Assembly (NCBI GenBank): GCA_918234285.1 | Contig: CAKJXZ020000030.1 | Span: forward strand, 1-64,000 | From: Pseudomonadota bacterium | GTDB lineage: Bacteria; Pseudomonadota; Alphaproteobacteria; RF32; CAG-239 | Length of the DNA: 64,000 bases | Direction: 5' to 3' | Part shown: positions 58,135-64,000 of the stretch, one piece after another | Position numbering within the stretch: position 1 is the stretch's first letter | Layout of the letters: every line of letters begins with the position of its first letter | The notes under the pieces: model-generated | The model's database searches: none | The model's input: the letters and a program-made list of their open reading frames with translations, nothing else | What the model was told of the DNA's origin: nothing | Position numbers and translations under genes: made by a program

Positions 58135-59262
58135 ATGGCTAAAAATGATAAAAAAACCACCCCGAACCCGGACGAAGAAAAAAAGCCGGAAGTGATTTCG
58201 GCACCGGAAAAAGTTACCGATTCGCTCAAAGTCACGCAACCGAAGCCGGAACCGCATAAACCGCCGCATCCGGCCGAACCGCCGCACAAAAAAAGCAGCG
58301 GTTGGAGCAAATTCATCTTATTTATTATCCTTTTAATGGCAGGTGCCATCGCTTATTTAGCCCTGCAACTGAAGCAAACCGAAAAAATCAACGACGAAGC
58401 GCTGAACAAATTGCAATCGTCTTATGAAGAAAAACTCAATGCGGTCAACAACCGTATTAATGTGCTGGACCGTGAAGTCGTCGGCCTCAAAAATCGCCCG
58501 ATTGTCGAACACGCCGCCGGCATCAGCGAAAATCAGCTTAACCAGAAACTGGCCGCATTGCGTGCTGAATTATTGAATCGTGACGGTGCAACACCTTCTT
58601 CCGCAGAAAATACAGAAGAAAGTGCTGCTTTAGCACCGGCTCCGCAACCGATTCCGGCAACTCCGGCCGTCGCGGCTGAAAATCAGAAAATTGCCAATGA
58701 ACTCTTGCTTGCCAGCGGTGCCATCATTGTCCGCGATATGGCCGAACAGGGCGTTGCTTTTGCTTATGAAGCCGAGGTGCTGCAGATTTTGGCACAAGGC
58801 AACGATTTGGCCGCGAAAAATGTTGCTATCGTTCGCAGTTATGCCAACACCGGTGTTATCGGCAAGCAAAAATTAATCCGCAACTTTGATAAAATATTTA
58901 CCGATCTCAACACCGCCGAGCTCAAAGCCGAAGCCGCCAAATCGGAACCGACCGCCGAGACTAAAACCGAATGGTATCATAAGGTTATGAATTGGCTCAA
59001 ACAACAGGTTACCGCCAAAAAACGCACGAAAAAACCGGTATTTACTCCACAAAAAGACGAGGTTTTGGAACTGGTTAACGATGGTCGAATCAAAGACGCG
59101 CTCGACGCATTGAAACTGAGCGAAAAATATGCCAAAGTTAATTCGGAACCGCTTTCGCAGTGGGTCTCTCAGGCCGAGCGTTATCTCGAGTTTGATAATG
59201 CCATCAATGCCATCATTATGAACGCGCTGGCCAATATTCGCCTCAAAGAAATGGAACACTAA
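58135..59262 (+). CDS. Membrane-anchored coiled-coil protein, COG4223/mitofilin(Mic60)-like
   Basis: Pro-rich N-terminus, one TM, coiled coil, C-terminal DGRIKDALDAL..WVSQAERYL; divergent from tsaD. Confidence 0.55.
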   Translation: MAKNDKKTTPNPDEEKKPEVISAPEKVTDSLKVTQPKPEPHKPPHPAEPPHKKSSGWSKFILFIILLMAGAIAYLALQLKQTEKINDEALNKLQSSYEEKLNAVNNRINVLDREVVGLKNRPIVEHAAGISENQLNQKLAALRAELLNRDGATPSSAENTEESAALAPAPQPIPATPAVAAENQKIANELLLASGAIIVRDMAEQGVAFAYEAEVLQILAQGNDLAAKNVAIVRSYANTGVIGKQKLIRNFDKIFTDLNTAELKAEAAKSEPTAETKTEWYHKVMNWLKQQVTAKKRTKKPVFTPQKDEVLELVNDGRIKDALDALKLSEKYAKVNSEPLSQWVSQAERYLEFDNAINAIIMNALANIRLKEMEH

Positions 59263-59266
59263 ACGA

Positions 59267-60664
59267 ATGAGCGCCGATTTACGGGAAAACTGGCACCGAA
59301 TATATGAGATCGTGCCGGAGCAGTTGCAACGCATCACCGAAGTCGGTTGCGTCGCTTCCGCGTTTAATACCAATATTGATTCCGTTGTCAAAATCAGCGG
59401 AGATAAAATAGCCGATCTGGCATATTCGGTCGGGCTTATGCCGGAAGATTTACTTAATCCGCAAAACCGGATAACCTCACCCCAAGATGCGGTGCGCGGC
59501 ATTATCAAATGTTTCACGCAGGGTATTGCCGAAGAATGGCTGTGCTCCGACAAAAGCGCCGATGAATGGCTCGAACGGAATTTAGGACCGGCTCATCTGC
59601 AAATGGGCGGGCAAGCCGGTATAATTGCCAATGTTTTGGCCGTGCTCGGTGTGCAAAAAGTTTGCGTACATACCGCTTCGCACCCGCAAATACAGGCCGA
59701 GCGATTTTTAAACAGCGACAATTTATTGGCATTTGCTGAAGACGGCAACCTCGAAAAAGCTTATAATATCAACCGTTCCGCCGACAAACCGTTGGTTCAT
59801 CGCATTATCGAATTTGCCGCCGGCGATTCATTTGAATTTTGCGGTAGCACTTACACCTGTCCGCGCGCCAATCGTTTTATCGCCACTTATGATACTGCCA
59901 ATCTCGAGCTTAAAATCAACACCGATTTTACACAATATCTCGACCGATTCGGCTTTGATTTCCTGTTGCTTTCCGGATTTCATAACCTGACCGCTGCACA
60001 TTCCGGTTTGCAACGCATAGAGGCAGTCGTACCGATGTTGCAACACTTAAAACAGCTTAATCCGCACGGAATTATTCATCTGGAATTGGCCTCAACTCAA
60101 GACAAAGCCGTACGCACCGCTATTTTGCAAAAGCTGGCCCCGCTTGCCGATTCGCTCGGAATGAACGAGCGCGAAGCCCTGGATGCGCTGGAAATTTGCT
60201 CCCCGCAAATGTATGCCGACATACGGCGCAAACCTCTGAGCGCTCCGTTGTTACTCGAAATTTTGCAAACTCTTAAACTCAAGTTGCAAACACCGCGCAT
60301 GCAATTGCACTTTTTAGGAATGTATCTGACTTTGCAGAATAAACAATTCGTCATAACTCCCGAACAAAACCGGCGCGGAATGATGTTGGCAGCAACAATT
60401 GCCGCAGCCAAGGCCGGTTTGGGTAATATTGAAAAGCACGACAATTTATTGTGGGCGCACGGCCGATACATCGATGATAAAGCAACAGAAAATCTGGATA
60501 TGTTGGCAAAATATCTGCACAATTCCGATTTTGCATTGAACGGTCTGGCTTCTTTGGGCGATTTTGACCTGATTGCCGTACCGACGATTCTGATAGATAA
60601 ACCGCTGACTCTGGTCGGTATGGGCGATACGATTTCTTCGGTTTCGCTCGTCGGTGCACGCTAA
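59267..60664 (+). CDS. ADP-dependent glucokinase/phosphofructokinase
   Basis: FNTNID, MGGQAGIIAN, HRIIEF, PRANRFI, HLELAS, GMNERE, VGMGDTISS. Confidence 0.88.
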   Translation: MSADLRENWHRIYEIVPEQLQRITEVGCVASAFNTNIDSVVKISGDKIADLAYSVGLMPEDLLNPQNRITSPQDAVRGIIKCFTQGIAEEWLCSDKSADEWLERNLGPAHLQMGGQAGIIANVLAVLGVQKVCVHTASHPQIQAERFLNSDNLLAFAEDGNLEKAYNINRSADKPLVHRIIEFAAGDSFEFCGSTYTCPRANRFIATYDTANLELKINTDFTQYLDRFGFDFLLLSGFHNLTAAHSGLQRIEAVVPMLQHLKQLNPHGIIHLELASTQDKAVRTAILQKLAPLADSLGMNEREALDALEICSPQMYADIRRKPLSAPLLLEILQTLKLKLQTPRMQLHFLGMYLTLQNKQFVITPEQNRRGMMLAATIAAAKAGLGNIEKHDNLLWAHGRYIDDKATENLDMLAKYLHNSDFALNGLASLGDFDLIAVPTILIDKPLTLVGMGDTISSVSLVGAR

Positions 60665-60766
60665 AAACAAAAGTATTGCTTCATTACATAAAAAACACTT
60701 GCTTTTTCAAAAGATTCTGTGTATAAACTTTTCACAATGAAAAAGTTTAACAATAAGGTGTAAAAA

Positions 60767-61240
60767 ATGGCTAGAGTAACAGTTGAAGATTGTATTGATA
60801 AACTTCCGAATCGTTATGAATTGGTTTTGGTTGCGGCACAACGCGCCAAAGATATTTCCGCCGGTTCCATGATAACGGTTGACCGCGATAACGATAAAAA
60901 CTCCGTGGTTGCTTTGCGTGAAATATCCGAAAACCGCGTAAGTATTGAAGATTTGCAGGAATCCTTGGTTAAAAACCAACAAAAATTGGTTGAAATTCAA
61001 GAGCCGGAAGATGAAGAAGTTGAGATTATTTCGGCAGAAAAAGAACTGGCTGCTTTGGATTCTCAATTCTCCAGCGATATGATCAGCGATGAAGATTTAA
61101 ACAATGTTATGCAAATCCATGACGGCAGCGACGATGACGATAATCTGGACCTGGATGCCGACGTTGATGATATTGATTTTGACGACGGTGCCGATTTCGG
61201 AGATGAGTCGTACGACGAAGATATGGATGATTTAGATTAA
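60767..61240 (+). CDS. rpoZ: RNA polymerase omega subunit
   Basis: MARVTVEDC..NRYELVLVAAQRA..DKNSVVALREI. Confidence 0.97.
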   Translation: MARVTVEDCIDKLPNRYELVLVAAQRAKDISAGSMITVDRDNDKNSVVALREISENRVSIEDLQESLVKNQQKLVEIQEPEDEEVEIISAEKELAALDSQFSSDMISDEDLNNVMQIHDGSDDDDNLDLDADVDDIDFDDGADFGDESYDEDMDDLD

Positions 61241-61323
61241 AAATTAGCAAATTTAACTTTTATTAAAGCAAAACATATTATATAAGTATAGTATGTTTTG
61301 CTTTTTTATTTAAGGATAACGAT

Positions 61324-63465
61324 ATGCTGCGGCAATATGAACTGGTGGATTTGGTAAAGTCTTACGATCCGTACGCGGACGAAGATGCGCTTAATCGCGC
61401 CTACGTTTTTGCCTTAAAAAAACACGGCTCGCAATTGCGTACTTCCGGCGACCCTTATTATTCGCACCCGATTGAAGTTGCCGGTATTCTGACTAAATAT
61501 AAACTGGATTCGGCTTCCATTATTGCCGCCCTTTTGCACGACACGGTAGAAGATACCGACACCACTCTCGACGAAATCAAAGAACTGTTCGGAGACCAAG
61601 TGGCTCAACTGGTTGACGGTCTGACCAAACTCGCCATGCTTGAACATAAATCCGGCTCCAGCAAACAGGCGGAAAACTTCCGCAAACTGCTACTCGCAAT
61701 GTCGGAAGATATCCGTGTGTTACTGATTAAACTGGCCGATCGTCTGCATAATATGCGCACTCTTAAGTTCTGCCCGCCGGAAAAACGTTCTCGTATTGCC
61801 CGCGAAACGCTCGATATTTATGCACCTCTGGCCGAGCGTATCGGTATGGAAGAACTTAAAGAGGAGATGGATGAAATCGCATTCGCCGAGCTCTATAAAG
61901 ATGCTCACGATTCCATCGTTACGCGTCTGAATTTCTTGCGCGAACAAGGCAACGACGTGGTGCCGAAAATCATTAAGCAACTCGAAAAAGATATGGAAGA
62001 CAACGGTGTACACTGCACCATCACCGGTCGCGAAAAAGCGCCGTATTCCATCTGGCGCAAAATGCAGCTGAAAAATGCTTCATTTGAGCAATTATCCGAC
62101 ATTATGGCGTTTCGCATCTGCGTTGATACCGTGGCCGATTGCTATCAGGCGCTCGGCATAATCCATAGCAAATACCACATGGTGCCGCGCCGCTTTAAAG
62201 ACTATATTTCCACCCCGAAACCGAACGGTTATCAATCGTTGCATACCGGCGTTATCGGGCCGTTTGACGTACGAATTGAAGTGCAAATCCGTACCTATGA
62301 AATGCACGAAGTCAACGAAAAAGGTGTGGCCGCCCACTGGGCTTATAAACAGGGACAACACACCGAGGGCAAAAACTTCCGCTGGGTACGCGAATTGTTG
62401 GAAATTCTCGATCAGGCACAAAATCCGGACGAGTTTTTGGAAAACACTAAGCTCGAAATGTATAACGACCAGGTGTTTTGCTTTACGCCGAAAGGTGATT
62501 TAATCGGCTTGCCGGTCGGCTCAACACCGGTCGATTTTGCTTATGCCATTCACTCCAATGTCGGCAACACTTGCGTCGGTGCCAAGATTAACGGCGAAAT
62601 CAAACCGTTGCGCACCATTTTGCAAAACGGTGACCAAGTCGAAGTTTTAACCGCTAAAAACCAGCACCCGTCGTTGGAATGGGATCGTTTCGTGGTTACG
62701 GGTAAAGCCAAAGCCGCCATCCGCCGCTATGTCCGCATCAATAAACGCGAACAATTTATCGCTCTCGGCAAAGAAATCGTCGATAAATTATTTAAGTCGG
62801 AAGACCAGGAATTTTCGGAAAAAGAACTGGTTAAATACCTCTCAAATTTTGAAGCGGAAACAGTTGATGACGTATATGCCAAAGTCGGCGAAGGTTTGGT
62901 TACCGGTTGGGATGTATTGCGAATTATGCACCCGGCGTATCGCCAATCCAAACTGGAAAAAGTTGTCAGTGCGATTAAACTGCCGGTATTTAACAAAAAA
63001 GAAAAGAACAAAAAAGATTCGCTTAAAATCCGCGGACTTATCGACGGTATGGCAGTGCATTTTGCCGGATGTTGCCACCCGCTGCCGGGAGACAGAATCG
63101 TCGGTATCGTAACCACCGGCAAGGGCGTTACCATCCACACCGTAGATTGTCCGTCGCTGCATAATTACGAAAACGAACCGGAACGCTGGCTCGATGTTGA
63201 TTGGGGTCCTGATGCCGAACAGGAAAAGCACGTAGCCCGTCTGAAGTTAATGCTCAGCAACGAACCGGGAGCTCTGGCCGAAGTGGCGAATATCGTAGCC
63301 AAGGCCGAAGCCAATATTATCAACTTGAATATTACATATCGCACATTAAGTTATTTTGAAATACTGCTCGATATTGAAATTAAAAACGTTGAGCAGCTCA
63401 ACAGCTTAATCTTAAGTATGCGTGCCGAAAAGCTCATCAGCTATGTCGCCCGCGCCAACAAATAG
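61324..63465 (+). CDS. spoT: Bifunctional (p)ppGpp synthetase/hydrolase
   Basis: HD motif LLHDTVED, KLADRLHNMRT, YQSLHT, EVQIRT, TGS and ACT domains. Confidence 0.97.
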   Translation: MLRQYELVDLVKSYDPYADEDALNRAYVFALKKHGSQLRTSGDPYYSHPIEVAGILTKYKLDSASIIAALLHDTVEDTDTTLDEIKELFGDQVAQLVDGLTKLAMLEHKSGSSKQAENFRKLLLAMSEDIRVLLIKLADRLHNMRTLKFCPPEKRSRIARETLDIYAPLAERIGMEELKEEMDEIAFAELYKDAHDSIVTRLNFLREQGNDVVPKIIKQLEKDMEDNGVHCTITGREKAPYSIWRKMQLKNASFEQLSDIMAFRICVDTVADCYQALGIIHSKYHMVPRRFKDYISTPKPNGYQSLHTGVIGPFDVRIEVQIRTYEMHEVNEKGVAAHWAYKQGQHTEGKNFRWVRELLEILDQAQNPDEFLENTKLEMYNDQVFCFTPKGDLIGLPVGSTPVDFAYAIHSNVGNTCVGAKINGEIKPLRTILQNGDQVEVLTAKNQHPSLEWDRFVVTGKAKAAIRRYVRINKREQFIALGKEIVDKLFKSEDQEFSEKELVKYLSNFEAETVDDVYAKVGEGLVTGWDVLRIMHPAYRQSKLEKVVSAIKLPVFNKKEKNKKDSLKIRGLIDGMAVHFAGCCHPLPGDRIVGIVTTGKGVTIHTVDCPSLHNYENEPERWLDVDWGPDAEQEKHVARLKLMLSNEPGALAEVANIVAKAEANIINLNITYRTLSYFEILLDIEIKNVEQLNSLILSMRAEKLISYVARANK

Positions 63466-63476
63466 AGAGGTTATGT

Positions 63477-64000
63477 ATGGAAAGCGTTAAAAGTTACTTT
63501 AACCGGTTGTTCAAAAAAATATTAATCCAGCTGAAAAGACTGCAGGGTACTCCTTATTCTATTGCCGCCGGATTTGCTTGCGGCGTGGCCATATCTTTTA
63601 CGCCGTTCATCGGTTTCCACCTGATTCTGGCAGCAATCACTGCCTGGATTATCCGCGGCAACGTCGTATCTTCCGCCATCGGCACCCTCATCGGCAACCC
63701 GTGGACTTTCCCGTTTATTTGGATTGCCGTACTTTCTACCGGACGATTTTTTTTGGGTGATATCGCACCTGCTGACCATGTTAATTTCATCAGAATTTTT
63801 GAATCGGCGGGTCGTGCCCTGCTAACCTTGAATTTCAGCCACTTCGGACGCGATGTCTGGCCGATTTTCTTTCCGATGTTGATAGGTTGCATACCATATT
63901 ACATAATATCGTGGTTTGTTTCGTTTAAGGTTATAAAAGTAACCCTGGATAAAATCGCGCAAAGACGTGCACAACGCAGAGCAAAACAAGGAGAAGCAAA
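63477..64000 (+). CDS. DUF2062-family membrane protein (partial, runs off the window)
   Basis: GTPYSIAAGFACGVAISFTPFIGFH..GNPWTFP; SD GAGG. Confidence 0.85.
   Translation, partial: MESVKSYFNRLFKKILIQLKRLQGTPYSIAAGFACGVAISFTPFIGFHLILAAITAWIIRGNVVSSAIGTLIGNPWTFPFIWIAVLSTGRFFLGDIAPADHVNFIRIFESAGRALLTLNFSHFGRDVWPIFFPMLIGCIPYYIISWFVSFKVIKVTLDKIAQRRAQRRAKQGEA

Noticed and set aside
45142-59553. Long antisense ORFs (e.g. 45142-46014, 51403-52095, 56241-57050, 58873-59553; also 30100-30924 and 2406-3125)
   Set aside because: Shadow frames opposite well-supported genes, with no motifs.
61060-61240. Long acidic tail of RpoZ
   Set aside because: Acidic C-terminal extensions are usual for alphaproteobacterial omega subunits.

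Overview
Chromosomal window from an alphaproteobacterium. This is inferred from the alpha-type DksA, the rpoZ-spoT and maf-rng-yacG clusters, and tsaD lying divergent from a COG4223-like gene. A class III RNR and an ADP-dependent sugar kinase suggest an anaerobic, probably host- or gut-associated lineage (inference). Most of the window is housekeeping: groES/EL, rpmB, split nrdD plus nrdG, miaB-phoH-ybeY-lnt, folD, secA, an MCE/Mla transporter, serS, nth, tsaD, rpoZ and spoT. Accessory genes include a vWA-PP2C-kinase (TerY-P) triad, an orphan VirB8, a TolC-Ig fusion, atypical pilins, two secreted ankyrin paralogs and several ORFan islets. The most unusual signal is non-coding. Around an intact tRNA-Arg(CCG) (5893-5969), fragments of the same tRNA lie in tRNA order and are interleaved with about six copies of a 100-160 bp structured module with covarying stems and an invariant core (GCGAAG...CGAGTGAC(C/T)G(A/C)AGC...GCAAG). 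A second tRNA-3'-end tandem repeat (176 bp period) with related architecture occupies 1-299. No integrase, transposase or cas gene is visible. All calls come from reading the sequence by eye; no searches were run.
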